Source: Clostridiales bacterium (lineage in GTDB: Bacteria > Bacillota > Clostridia > TANB77 > CAG-508). Taken from it: a stretch of DNA of 64,000 nt. Below are positions 28,207 to 38,409 of this stretch, in pieces (within the stretch, counting starts at the first letter, position 1; each line of letters starts with the position of its first letter). The notes under the pieces were generated by a model. It saw only the letters and a list, made by a program, of their open reading frames with translations. It was not told where the DNA came from and did no database searches. The stretch covers positions 48,255 to 112,254 of the forward strand of contig DQFO01000021.1 of assembly GCA_003525075.1 (NCBI GenBank). Reading direction: 5' to 3'. Both the position numbers and the translations under genes were made by a program.

Positions 28207-29319
28207 TTAATCATTTAGTGCTTTATCTAAATATTCTGAAGCTTTTTTTCTTTCATCTTCTAACACTTTGTTTGCATGTTCAAAATTTATTGTTTTATCT
28301 GCTAGTTTTATATCATTATAATCTTCAACAATTCTGTCTTGTAAACCTGTTACTTCTAATATACTAGCTAATCTTGTACTAAACTTTTCTGGAAATATTA
28401 TCATAAATGGTGTATTAAAATTTATTGAAAAAGCTGTTGCGTGAAAAGAATCTGTAACAACATAACTTGCATTCGCTATTAAAGATAAAAAGTCTTCAAC
28501 TTTTACATTACATTTCATTTTACCTTTTTTGAAGCATTCATGTAAATTATAACTAATATAGTATATATCCAAATTTTTTTCTCTTGCTAGTTTTTCAACA
28601 TACTTATCAATTTTTTTATTTCTATTTAAATTGTACATTAATACATAATTTTTGCTATTATATTTTGATGAAGCTATCTTTAACCATTCTTTTTTATTTA
28701 GTAATAGTGTTGGGTCTAAAACATTTATTCCATCATTTCTTCCTAATTTTTTTAAAATATCTACTCCAGATATTTCTCTCATAGAAAGATATTGATATTT
28801 ATTAACTAATCTTCTTGTTTCTTCAACTTCTTCTGGAACAAGTGATTTTTTTCCAAAACTTGCAGCATAAGATATTCTTTTTTTATCATCTGGAACAAAA
28901 TCTAAGAAGAATGGATATTCTATTTTTTCATTCCATTCACTATTCCAAACTTGGTCACTTCCTGTACAATAGATATCTGCTTGTGGTATATTTTTTTCTA
29001 ACTCTTCTTTATTGTAATATGTTTTGTCTGTCATTTTTATATATTTTTTCAAGAATTTTTTAAACATTGAAAATCTTTGAACATATGACGGAAATATAAC
29101 ACATTGTGCTCCAAATCTCACAATTGGATTTTTTCTTAATATCTCTTTTTTATTTTTTAATCTTTTTAGCATTCCAAATAAATGTAATCTTTCAGGATAA
29201 TAATCTATTGTCTCAACTTCAAATCCTTTTTCTTTTATTTTTTCTTGTAATGCATATGTTTGTAAAACAGAACCATAATTTACAACCCTATGTAATGTGA
29301 TTATATCTACTTTTTTCAT
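28207..29319 (-). CDS. second polysaccharide pyruvyl transferase family protein
   Basis: HRVVNYGSVLQTYAL N-terminal motif of the PS_pyruv_trans family. Confidence 0.7.
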   Translation of the reverse strand: MKKVDIITLHRVVNYGSVLQTYALQEKIKEKGFEVETIDYYPERLHLFGMLKRLKNKKEILRKNPIVRFGAQCVIFPSYVQRFSMFKKFLKKYIKMTDKTYYNKEELEKNIPQADIYCTGSDQVWNSEWNEKIEYPFFLDFVPDDKKRISYAASFGKKSLVPEEVEETRRLVNKYQYLSMREISGVDILKKLGRNDGINVLDPTLLLNKKEWLKIASSKYNSKNYVLMYNLNRNKKIDKYVEKLAREKNLDIYYISYNLHECFKKGKMKCNVKVEDFLSLIANASYVVTDSFHATAFSINFNTPFMIIFPEKFSTRLASILEVTGLQDRIVEDYNDIKLADKTINFEHANKVLEDERKKASEYLDKALND

Positions 29320-29328
29320 TTTTTTCTC

Positions 29329-30390
29329 CTATCTTTTATTTTTTAATGAGTTAAATAATTTAGGTAATTTTTTCTTACAAAAAGCCAATCCTTTTCCCAT
29401 AATCATAGCTAATAACACTGATTTTATCCTATATGGTATTAATAATATTTTTACTTTTTTACTTTGAGGTTTCATTTTTTTGAGTTCTTCTCTTGTTGTT
29501 TCATCATATATAATTTGTTTTATTTTTTTGTATTTCTCTTTAAATGACATATTACATTCTTCATTAAATAAATTTTCGATACAACCTAATGTCCTTTCAA
29601 TATGTCTTCTAGCACAAAACTCTTCATAATTTGATTTTTCTATGCCGAATTTATCAAAATATTCTTTAAATTCTTGGTTTTCTTTTAATCTTATCTCATA
29701 CAAGTTTTTTATATATTTTCCTGTAATTGTAGTTCCTCTTCCTCTTATATAATGATAAAAACATTTTTGCATGTTAAAAAGAGTATTGACTTGTAATAAA
29801 TACTCTCTATTAAATTCAATATCTTCTCCCCAATTATAATCTGGAAATTTTATATTGTGTTTTTCTATAATTTCTCTTTTATACATTTTATTCCATATAT
29901 TGTATAGCAAATGTTTGTCCCATAAAGTCACAAAATCCTTTTTTATTTCTTCAATATTGGGATAATTTTTGTCATCGCAATATATCTCATCCATTTGTAC
30001 TTTTCCATCAATATCTTCTACTTCTGAGAAAAAACCAGAAACAATTAAATCAGGTTTATATTTTATATATATATCCATATAGGAATTCAGCATATCTTTT
30101 TCAATATAATCATCTGAATCTACAAAACATATAAACTCTCCAGTTGCTTTTTCAATCCCCATATTCCTTGCATTTGATACGCCCTTTTTGCTTTGAATAT
30201 AAAATTTTACTCTTTTATCTTTTTCTTGATACTTTTTACAAATTTCAGCAGAATTATCCGTTGACCCATTATCAATAAGTATTAATTCATAATTATTGTA
30301 CGTTTGCTCTAATATAGATTTTATTGTTTTTTCCAAATATTTTTCTGAATTGTATACTGGTATAATTACTGTTATTATATTTTTTTTCAT
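29329..30390 (-). CDS. glycosyltransferase family 2
   Basis: VIIPVYNSEKYLEKTIKSILEQTYNNYELILIDNGSTDNS and DSDD (DXD) motif. Confidence 0.8.
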   Translation of the reverse strand: MKKNIITVIIPVYNSEKYLEKTIKSILEQTYNNYELILIDNGSTDNSAEICKKYQEKDKRVKFYIQSKKGVSNARNMGIEKATGEFICFVDSDDYIEKDMLNSYMDIYIKYKPDLIVSGFFSEVEDIDGKVQMDEIYCDDKNYPNIEEIKKDFVTLWDKHLLYNIWNKMYKREIIEKHNIKFPDYNWGEDIEFNREYLLQVNTLFNMQKCFYHYIRGRGTTITGKYIKNLYEIRLKENQEFKEYFDKFGIEKSNYEEFCARRHIERTLGCIENLFNEECNMSFKEKYKKIKQIIYDETTREELKKMKPQSKKVKILLIPYRIKSVLLAMIMGKGLAFCKKKLPKLFNSLKNKR

Positions 30391-30406
30391 AAAAGCTCCT
30401 CTTTTA

Positions 30407-31477
30407 TTATACTGTTATTTTTTCATGTTCTTTTAAATCTTCATTTTTCTTTTTATTTATCCATTTATCTTTCAAGTAATGTGCAAATTTCACTTCAATA
30501 ATTTCATATGCAAAATTTGCTATAACCAAGCTAATAATAATAGCCAAACAAGCACATAAAATTGAAATAATATTAATTTCATTCATTGGATTAACAAACT
30601 TCTTAAAAACTAAAATCACATAATAATGTATCAAATAAAAAGAATAACTAATATTTCCTATTCTTAATAGTACATTAGGTGCTTTCAAGCTTTTAAAAAA
30701 TGCCGTTAAAAAGAATAGTACTACTATTCCTGATAATATAGCTCTTATAATTGGGTTAATCTTAGTAAAAACTACCATAAAAGAAATAATTCCTAATGCT
30801 ATTAGTATTTTTGATACAGCTATATTTTTTGTCATATTGAATGAATTATATTCAAAAAGTTTTTTAGCAATATAAAATAAAATTATTCCTATTATAAAGT
30901 CAATCATTCTAATGCTAGTCCAAACTCTAAGAGTTGCATAAGCTGATACATCAAAGAAATTTCCAATTAATATTAAAATCATTAATATTCCACAAGTAAT
31001 TTGTCCTCTTTTTTTATGATTAATTTTTGCAGAGATCCAAAATACTAAATAAAAAAACATTTCATTTAATAAAGTATGAGCTGGTCCAACTATTGGTCTA
31101 GTAACATCTATCGCTCTTATTGCATCTCTTGAATATGGTATAAAAAATAATGATTTCAATAATTCAATGCCATTTGGTCTATATGGAACTATTCCATCAA
31201 CAATATATGCTGCTCCAAAAGTTAAAATTGTTAAAATCCAGTATAATGGTACAATTTTTATTATTCTTTTTTTAGCATAATTATCCAAATTACTTTGGGT
31301 TGTATACATTATTATAAATCCACTAATAACGAAGAAAATATCTACTCCTATTGCTGTATTAATTTTTAAATTATAAATGAAATCAATATGATATAATGCC
31401 ACCATCAATGCCGAAATTGCTCTTAAAATTTGAATTCCATCAAATTTTATTCCAGAAAATTCTTTTGCGTTATTCAT
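30407..31477 (-). CDS. acyltransferase family 3 membrane protein (probable polysaccharide O-acetyltransferase)
   Basis: N-terminus GIQILRAISALMVALYHI plus about 10 TM helices. Confidence 0.75.
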   Translation of the reverse strand: MNNAKEFSGIKFDGIQILRAISALMVALYHIDFIYNLKINTAIGVDIFFVISGFIIMYTTQSNLDNYAKKRIIKIVPLYWILTILTFGAAYIVDGIVPYRPNGIELLKSLFFIPYSRDAIRAIDVTRPIVGPAHTLLNEMFFYLVFWISAKINHKKRGQITCGILMILILIGNFFDVSAYATLRVWTSIRMIDFIIGIILFYIAKKLFEYNSFNMTKNIAVSKILIALGIISFMVVFTKINPIIRAILSGIVVLFFLTAFFKSLKAPNVLLRIGNISYSFYLIHYYVILVFKKFVNPMNEINIISILCACLAIIISLVIANFAYEIIEVKFAHYLKDKWINKKKNEDLKEHEKITV

Positions 31478-31478
31478 T

Positions 31479-32171
31479 TTATCTAGCTCCTTCTTTCTTT
31501 AAAACTGACAATATAGTCTTGAAAAACACTTTTATATCCATTTTCAAAGATAAATTATCTATGTAATACAATTCCATTTCCATTCTTTGTTCATATGTAG
31601 TATTACTTCTACCATTGGCAGCCCAATATCCTGTTAATCCAGGAGTAACACTTAAAAATTTATCTTTATTTACTCCATATTTTTCCAACTCATCTGCCAC
31701 TACTGGTCTAGGTCCAATTATTGATAAATCCCCATTAATTATATTTATAAGTTGTGGCAATTCATCCAAACTTGTTTTTCTTAGAAATTTACCAACTTTA
31801 GTTATTCTTGGATCATTTGTCAATTTATAGTTTTCCTTATATTCTCTCATTTGTTCTGGTGTAAATGATTTTATTAATTCTTCTGCATTTATTACCATAG
31901 ATCTAAATTTATATAATTTTATAATCTTTCCATTTTTTCCAATTCTTTTATGTGCAAAAAAAACTGGTCCCTTTGAATCTATTTTTATTGCTATTGCAAT
32001 TATAGCAAATAATGGTGATAATAATATAAGTGCTACACTCGCCAAAATTACATCAATCACTCTTTTTATTTTTATATATACTTTTTTACTAATTTTTGTT
32101 TTAACATCGCTTTGGGTTCTTAAGCTTGTTGTTTCTATATTTTCTGTTGTTTCACCAGTTATAATATTCAT
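31479..32171 (-). CDS. bacterial sugar transferase (PF02397-type undecaprenyl-phosphate sugar-1-phosphate transferase, short form)
   Basis: KIDSKGPVFFAHKRIGKNGKIIKLYKFRSM...DELPQLINIINGDLSIIGPRP. Confidence 0.85.
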   Translation of the reverse strand: MNIITGETTENIETTSLRTQSDVKTKISKKVYIKIKRVIDVILASVALILLSPLFAIIAIAIKIDSKGPVFFAHKRIGKNGKIIKLYKFRSMVINAEELIKSFTPEQMREYKENYKLTNDPRITKVGKFLRKTSLDELPQLINIINGDLSIIGPRPVVADELEKYGVNKDKFLSVTPGLTGYWAANGRSNTTYEQRMEMELYYIDNLSLKMDIKVFFKTILSVLKKEGAR

Positions 32172-32198
32172 TCTTATCCCCCTTATAAAATAAATATT

Positions 32199-32726
32199 TT
32201 AAATTTCTCTTACTTCTCTATTTTCTCCTCTTTTTCTCTCCATCACTTTTCTTGCAATCCACAATACAAAAATCACAATACATATACCAAGGCAAACACC
32301 TGCTGAATCAATCATAACATCAAAAACTCTAGCAGACCTTCCTGGCACAAAATATTGATGTATTTCATCAGAACTTGCATACAATACACCAACTATTAAA
32401 CTTATCCATATTCTTTTACTTTGCTTTAACTTATATGTATTCATAAGTGACATCATTAGTAATCCAACTACTGTATATATTGAAAAATGTGCTAATTTTC
32501 TTATTATTTTTTCTGTATGCTCTAAAAAGAGCTCTTTCTCACTTTTAGGCATATTTTGTACTTTTTTGATATTACTTGTAACTATTTCTGTAAATTTTCT
32601 ACTTACTCCACTTGATTTTGTTCCATTTTGGTTTGAAAAACAGAATATTCGTACAAATGTTGCAAGTAATAATATTATTAATATTGCTCTTATTATATTT
32701 ATTTTGCTAATCTTATTTTTTTTCAT
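32199..32726 (-). CDS. VanZ-family membrane protein
   Basis: Four TM segments and a VanZ-like core (HFSIYTVVGLL...DEIHQYFVPGRSARVFDVMIDSAG). Confidence 0.6.
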   Translation of the reverse strand: MKKNKISKINIIRAILIILLLATFVRIFCFSNQNGTKSSGVSRKFTEIVTSNIKKVQNMPKSEKELFLEHTEKIIRKLAHFSIYTVVGLLMMSLMNTYKLKQSKRIWISLIVGVLYASSDEIHQYFVPGRSARVFDVMIDSAGVCLGICIVIFVLWIARKVMERKRGENREVREI

Positions 32727-32852
32727 TTTTGTTCCTCTGTTTCTATCTATATAATTTTAATATTATATTAAGATTTTGTCAATATACAATGTGCTATTTT
32801 TCAACAAAAGTCTACACTAATTTTAGGATTTTTTTACTATTTTCTCCATAAA

Positions 32853-32880
32853 TAAAGAAGCCAGATTAATCTAGCTTCTT
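32853..32880 (-). terminator. possible hairpin terminator or internal attenuator downstream of the LCP gene, in the 259-bp gap
   Basis: 7-bp stem aagaagc/gcttctt with a 12-nt loop, followed by a U-rich tract on the minus strand. Confidence 0.3.
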
Positions 32881-32985
32881 TGCATACGAATAATATATAT
32901 TATATTTTTTATACCATGTCAAGCCTTTTAAAACTTTTCGATTTAAGTATTAACGTTAAGATATTATTCTTATATTATGTCTTTT

Positions 32986-34023
32986 CTATTCCCCATAAAT
33001 AATATTTTTCATACTCTTACTAGCCTTTTGTAGATCACAAACATAATAATATATACCATTTATATTATCACCTTTTCCACCATCATCTTCTGAAGGAATT
33101 TGTTTTGATACAATATTATTCAAATATGAACTTGTATTTCCTAATACATCTGAAGCAATTCCCATACATTCAGAAACATTCAAATTTGTTTTTACCTCTG
33201 ATAATACACTATCACTCAAGCTCCAAAGTTGTGTTATACTCATTGTAGAAACCTTATTCATTACAGCTGTAAGAACATCTCTTTGACGTTCCTCTCTAGT
33301 AAAATCATTTCCAATAGTTCTATTTCTAGAATGTGTTAATGCTTGTTCACCTGTTAATTTTACTTTTCCATAACTTGACAATAATTGTACAGGTTTTTTA
33401 GTCAATTCATAAGATTCATGAACAAACTCATTTATATAATCTTTTTCTGCTTTACTTATATTTAATTCAATACCACCAATTTTATTTATAACATTTATTA
33501 ATCCTTTAAAATTAATAGTTACATATTCAGATATATTTAATCCAAAATTAGAATTAATTGTCTTTAATGCTAATTGTTCTTTTCCATATGCATAAGCATG
33601 ATTTATTTTTGTTTTTCCATGTCCTGCAACAGAAACATATGTATCTCTTGGAATACTTATTAATTTTATTGTTTTATCAACTTGATTTATTGATGCAATC
33701 ATTATTGCATCACTTCTACCACCATCTATTCCAAATAATGCTACATTTTTTATTTTTTCAAATTCTTCTTTACTTACATTATCAGATACTTCAGTATATA
33801 AATCTTCATTTACATCCAAATCACCTTTATCTAATTTATCAAAATTTATTTTTGATATTTTTCCAGCAACCATTCCAGTTCCAACACCTAATAATATTAC
33901 TAATAATATTAAAATTATTGCTACTATAATTCCAGCTATTTTTCCTTTTTTACCTTTTTGCTTTTTTTGATATCTTTTTCCACCTTTTGTTTTTCTTGTT
34001 TGTCCATTTTCTTCATCAATCAT
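32986..34023 (-). CDS. LytR-CpsA-Psr (LCP) family phosphotransferase
   Basis: N-terminal TM. VALFGIDGGRSDAIMIASINQVDKTIKLISIPRDTYV is the LCP core. Confidence 0.8.
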   Translation of the reverse strand: MIDEENGQTRKTKGGKRYQKKQKGKKGKIAGIIVAIILILLVILLGVGTGMVAGKISKINFDKLDKGDLDVNEDLYTEVSDNVSKEEFEKIKNVALFGIDGGRSDAIMIASINQVDKTIKLISIPRDTYVSVAGHGKTKINHAYAYGKEQLALKTINSNFGLNISEYVTINFKGLINVINKIGGIELNISKAEKDYINEFVHESYELTKKPVQLLSSYGKVKLTGEQALTHSRNRTIGNDFTREERQRDVLTAVMNKVSTMSITQLWSLSDSVLSEVKTNLNVSECMGIASDVLGNTSSYLNNIVSKQIPSEDDGGKGDNINGIYYYVCDLQKASKSMKNIIYGE

Positions 34024-35555
34024 TGTTTTACCTCCTTTTTTCTGAATAGTATATTTTTTATTATATTTATATAATATTTATATTCTTCTGTTCTCCCAGA
34101 TACTAATGTTATTATTATAACTGGTATTATTATAGCTACTACAACACTCAATACTTGTTCAGCAAATATATTACTTACTCTTATTAATTGATTTACTCCC
34201 ATTGTAATTCCAATTATAACTGTTGCATACAATATTGTTTTAATAAATTCTAAATAATAATCTTTTAATCTTTTATTAAATATTGGTCTATATACATATT
34301 TTGGATAACTATATAATAGTATTACTAAAGAACTTACTGCTGTACCTAAAAATATTCCTGCTAATCCACATATTTTTAATAATATTATTGACGCAACTAG
34401 ATTAACTACTGATTCTAATATTGGTACAAATCTATCTACATAAAATATGCCTGCTGCTTCTTTAAATGCCATAAGTGGTCTTCTCATTCCTTGAATGAAG
34501 AATTTTAATATTAATGAGATTAATATAAATTTTGATAATATATATTGTTCTCCAAAGAAAATCGTTATAAATGGTTCTATTGCACATGCCATTCCTGTTG
34601 CACCTATTATAAATATTACAAAATTAAGAAAATTTAGTTTTTTATAAATTTCATAATTTCTTTCTTTATTATTTTCTGTTAATAAATCACCTATACTTGC
34701 CGTAGCTGATAATAAAAATTGATTTAATATTGTTGTAATTGCTGAAAGTACTAAATTGTAATTTGAATAATAGGCAACTGTAACTAGTCCTTCAAAAAAT
34801 ACTGAAATCAATATTGTATCTGTACTACTTACAACAAATCCAGCTATCTTATGGAAAAATAAAGCTTTTATATTTTTTATAATATCATCTTTTGTTTCTT
34901 TATCTAATTCTTTTACATCTTTTTCATTTATATATGGATATTTTTTATCTGCAATTATATTTATCAGTACATTTTCTAATATTCTGCAACCTAGTTTAAT
35001 TAACAAAAATACACAATAATTATGTGTTAAATATAAAAATACTATTTGCAATCCATTCATTACTACTAAATAAATTAAATGAACTATATTTGTAAGATAT
35101 TCTTCTTGGTTTGCATATATTATTGATCTTTTATATGCTATTGTATATGAAAATATTACATCTGTTAAAAATAAGAAATATAGTAAGTATAAGTTTTGAA
35201 TTGTCTGTGTTTCTCCTACAATTTGTTTTAAAAATATACTAACAATAAGACCTATAGCCAGCATTACTATTATTATAATGCTATAACACTTTTTGTAAAA
35301 TTTCATTAATGATTTTATTTTTTCTTTATCTTTATTGGCTATTGGTTTATACATATTATATATGATTGCTGAACCTAATCCTAGTTCAGCAATTGATAAC
35401 ATTGACAATATACTTGTTAATACTGTGTTTAATCCTAAATATTCTTCCCCTAATGTTTTTAAAAATATTGATTGTACTACTACTCCTAATACTATATTTA
35501 GAGCATTACTTATTAGTGCAACTATAATATTTTTTGCCGATTTTTGTGCTCTCAT
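34020..35555 (-). CDS. second Wzx/MOP-family polysaccharide flippase
   Basis: 14 predicted TM helices and a PST-family N-terminus (KNIIVALISNALNIVLGVVVQSIFLKTLGEEYLGL). Confidence 0.7.
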   Translation of the reverse strand: MRAQKSAKNIIVALISNALNIVLGVVVQSIFLKTLGEEYLGLNTVLTSILSMLSIAELGLGSAIIYNMYKPIANKDKEKIKSLMKFYKKCYSIIIIVMLAIGLIVSIFLKQIVGETQTIQNLYLLYFLFLTDVIFSYTIAYKRSIIYANQEEYLTNIVHLIYLVVMNGLQIVFLYLTHNYCVFLLIKLGCRILENVLINIIADKKYPYINEKDVKELDKETKDDIIKNIKALFFHKIAGFVVSSTDTILISVFFEGLVTVAYYSNYNLVLSAITTILNQFLLSATASIGDLLTENNKERNYEIYKKLNFLNFVIFIIGATGMACAIEPFITIFFGEQYILSKFILISLILKFFIQGMRRPLMAFKEAAGIFYVDRFVPILESVVNLVASIILLKICGLAGIFLGTAVSSLVILLYSYPKYVYRPIFNKRLKDYYLEFIKTILYATVIIGITMGVNQLIRVSNIFAEQVLSVVVAIIIPVIIITLVSGRTEEYKYYINIIKNILFRKKEVKQ

Positions 35556-38167
35556 TAATTTTTCCTCATTTCATATTTGTTTATAATTATTTTTACTACT
35601 TGGTATCCACATATACACATAATCCATGCACCCCAAAACTGTGGTGTTATTATAAATTGCAAAAATTGTAATGCTTCTGCTCTTGGAATTATAAATATAT
35701 TTAATGTACTTATTAATACTATTGATGCTATAAAGGTGTTCTTTTTTAATAGTCTTGGAATTGCCATTAATAAATATCCTAAAATCAGGCTATATACAAT
35801 TACACCAATATATCCAAAGTCTGTATATGTTTCCAGTATAAATGATGATCCCCATCCATGTCCTTCTAAATAATCTTTTCTTGTTAAATATGATATTATA
35901 TGTGAATAACTACTTGATTCAAGTGCTTTTGTTACATTATTTCCTGTTGGTAATGGCTTTGTTTTAAATATTTTTTGTGATATTGTACTATATTTAAAAT
36001 AGTCAATAAAAGGCCCAAATGTATAATTATGGTTTGTTGTTGTTTTTATCTTATCTTTTATCTCATATCCTATGTTCAATACATCATAAGATACTCCTTG
36101 TGTATAGAAAAAGTCTCCAAATAAAGATATTATATTAGTTGTTGGTACTTCTTCATCTACTCTTGAATAATTATAAATTGCAAGTCCTATTATTGCTACT
36201 GGTATAAGTAATATTAAAGCTATTTTTTCGAATTTTCCTATCCATCTTTCTTTGTTATTCAAATAATCTCTTATTACAAAATATGAAAATATAAACAATG
36301 CTGATATAACAATAGGTGTTCTTTGCCCTATTAAAAATGTTGGGATATTATATATCATAAAAATTCCAACTGGTATTATTGCTTTCTTCTTACTTGGCAT
36401 ACATGCAAGGAATATACATAACATTATATCTGACATTCCTGCTAATAGTGTTATTATTGGATTAAATGTATTTTCATATGTTAGATAATATTCTACATAG
36501 TCTTTTCCATTCATATATATTAATTTATCATATTCTGTTATTATTGAAAAAATAGCACAAACCAAAAATAATACTAAAGCTATATTAGTAAATATTTTCT
36601 TATCTTTACATTTTGATTCGTTTGTATTTTCTTTTATATTTTCTGTAATTTTATTTTTCTTTTCAGAAATTCTACTTCCAATATATATTGAAAATGTTGC
36701 TATAAAAACTAATAAAAATACATGCTGTTGTGAATCTATTGAGAACTTTTCTATCCAGTTTATAGCTTTAAATATGCTTATAACTGGCTTGGCTAATAAA
36801 AATGTAAACATTGCTATATTAAATATTAATAAATATATTCTTTGACTTATATTTTTACTTGAATATATTATATTTAATATTACTCCTATTACATCTGTAA
36901 TTAATAATAAATACAAATTTTTAGTAAAAAAGCTTATTATAAATGCAATTACTGTAATTAACCAAACTGAATCTATATTATGCTTTTCAACTGGCAATTT
37001 TTCAATTTCTTCATATGTTCTCTTTGAATTTTCTGTATCTGTATAAATATAAAAATCTTTTGTTTTATTTTTATATTTTTCATTCATTTCAAAGTTACAA
37101 TTTACACTTTCTATTAGTTTGTTAATACATTCATCAACAGTATGTGTTACTTCTCCAAAACCATCTTCATAATTCCAATATCCTTCTGGTATATGATTTT
37201 TTCTAAATTCTTCATAATCAAATTGAAAATATTGTAATGGCTTTTTCATATATGCAAAATCAAATGCTACACTTGAATAGTCTGTTATTAAATATTTGCA
37301 CTCTCTTAATAGTTCTTGTATACTCTTTTCTGTTTTGTCAACTATCTTTATTCTTGAATTTGTAGTTATAAATTTATCTTTGTATGGAATCATATTATCA
37401 TGTAAACACATATATAATTCTAAATTTTCTTTTTCTAATAAGTCTGACAGTCTTGTATCTTTTATTAAATCTTGTATAGTTGAATAGTATTTTGAATCTA
37501 AAAATGCTTTTTCATCATTTTCAAATTGCTTTCTCCATGTAAACATCATTAAGATTTTATTGCTATTTTTTGACTCGTCTTTTAATAAATCATATCTGCA
37601 AAATCCTGTTTTTTTGGCATTTTCTTCATTATATCCTAACTCGTTTATTACAAAATCATATTCTTTGTTTCCTGCACAACAAAATAAGTCTACTTTACTC
37701 TCGTTTTTTAATAAACATTGCACTTTATTTTGTGTTATCCCATGTTGCAAAAATATTGATTTAAATCTATATATAAATGTTCCTTGAAAATTAAATACTA
37801 ATTCTGGAAATGGTAATCCAGAACCTATTTGCGAGCTTATATATTTTGTTGATGCTATTGTATATATATTGTGTTTTAAACTATTTTTATATAATAGATT
37901 TTTATTGTATTTTTTTAATTTATCATAATATATTGATTTTTTTGTTATTACATAATATATATCTTTTTTACTTTTATTTTCCATTGCATATTTAAAGAAT
38001 GCATATCCATTGTCTTTGGCATCATCACCATTTTCTGCTACTATCCATATATCCCTTTTTATCAGTCTTAATATCATTCCAGGTATAAAAGATATTAAAA
38101 TAACAAGCATTTCCAAGATATGTTTTGGTTTTATTTTTTTCAATTTGTTTAGCATTTGTCCCTCCAT
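35555..38167 (-). CDS. fusion protein: N-terminal TagB/TagF-like CDP-glycerol glycerophosphotransferase plus C-terminal polytopic Wzy_C/O-antigen-ligase-like domain
   Basis: LITDYSSVAFDFAYMKKP matches the TagF family signature. The C-terminal half has about 11 TM helices, and its extracytoplasmic loop YLEGHGWGSSF resembles the Wzy_C H..GxGxG motif. Confidence 0.6.
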   Translation of the reverse strand: MEGQMLNKLKKIKPKHILEMLVILISFIPGMILRLIKRDIWIVAENGDDAKDNGYAFFKYAMENKSKKDIYYVITKKSIYYDKLKKYNKNLLYKNSLKHNIYTIASTKYISSQIGSGLPFPELVFNFQGTFIYRFKSIFLQHGITQNKVQCLLKNESKVDLFCCAGNKEYDFVINELGYNEENAKKTGFCRYDLLKDESKNSNKILMMFTWRKQFENDEKAFLDSKYYSTIQDLIKDTRLSDLLEKENLELYMCLHDNMIPYKDKFITTNSRIKIVDKTEKSIQELLRECKYLITDYSSVAFDFAYMKKPLQYFQFDYEEFRKNHIPEGYWNYEDGFGEVTHTVDECINKLIESVNCNFEMNEKYKNKTKDFYIYTDTENSKRTYEEIEKLPVEKHNIDSVWLITVIAFIISFFTKNLYLLLITDVIGVILNIIYSSKNISQRIYLLIFNIAMFTFLLAKPVISIFKAINWIEKFSIDSQQHVFLLVFIATFSIYIGSRISEKKNKITENIKENTNESKCKDKKIFTNIALVLFLVCAIFSIITEYDKLIYMNGKDYVEYYLTYENTFNPIITLLAGMSDIMLCIFLACMPSKKKAIIPVGIFMIYNIPTFLIGQRTPIVISALFIFSYFVIRDYLNNKERWIGKFEKIALILLIPVAIIGLAIYNYSRVDEEVPTTNIISLFGDFFYTQGVSYDVLNIGYEIKDKIKTTTNHNYTFGPFIDYFKYSTISQKIFKTKPLPTGNNVTKALESSSYSHIISYLTRKDYLEGHGWGSSFILETYTDFGYIGVIVYSLILGYLLMAIPRLLKKNTFIASIVLISTLNIFIIPRAEALQFLQFIITPQFWGAWIMCICGYQVVKIIINKYEMRKN

Positions 38168-38409
38168 TAATAGAATATTTCATCATAATTATAATTCATA
38201 AAAAATTCTCTTGCATTTGAGAAATATTCCTTATAATTGTCTTTATTTAATAACTTTGATTCCCTTTTCATTTTTTCTGCTATATACTCATTTATTTTTT
38301 CTAAATAATGTGAATAATCTTTATAATTATCTAATTTTATTCTCCTATCATTTTTTGTTGTAATGCTACATATAATTTCAATGGAAATACAAATTTTGCC
38401 AATGCACAT
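38167..38409 (-). CDS. small hypothetical ORF. May be only a frame-shifted overlap with the GT2 gene 3' end.
   Basis: Its stop overlaps the start of the TagF-like gene (coupling-like). Its 5' portion overlaps GT2 38337..39302 in another frame. No homology recognised. Confidence 0.2.
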   Translation of the reverse strand: MCIGKICISIEIICSITTKNDRRIKLDNYKDYSHYLEKINEYIAEKMKRESKLLNKDNYKEYFSNAREFFMNYNYDEIFY

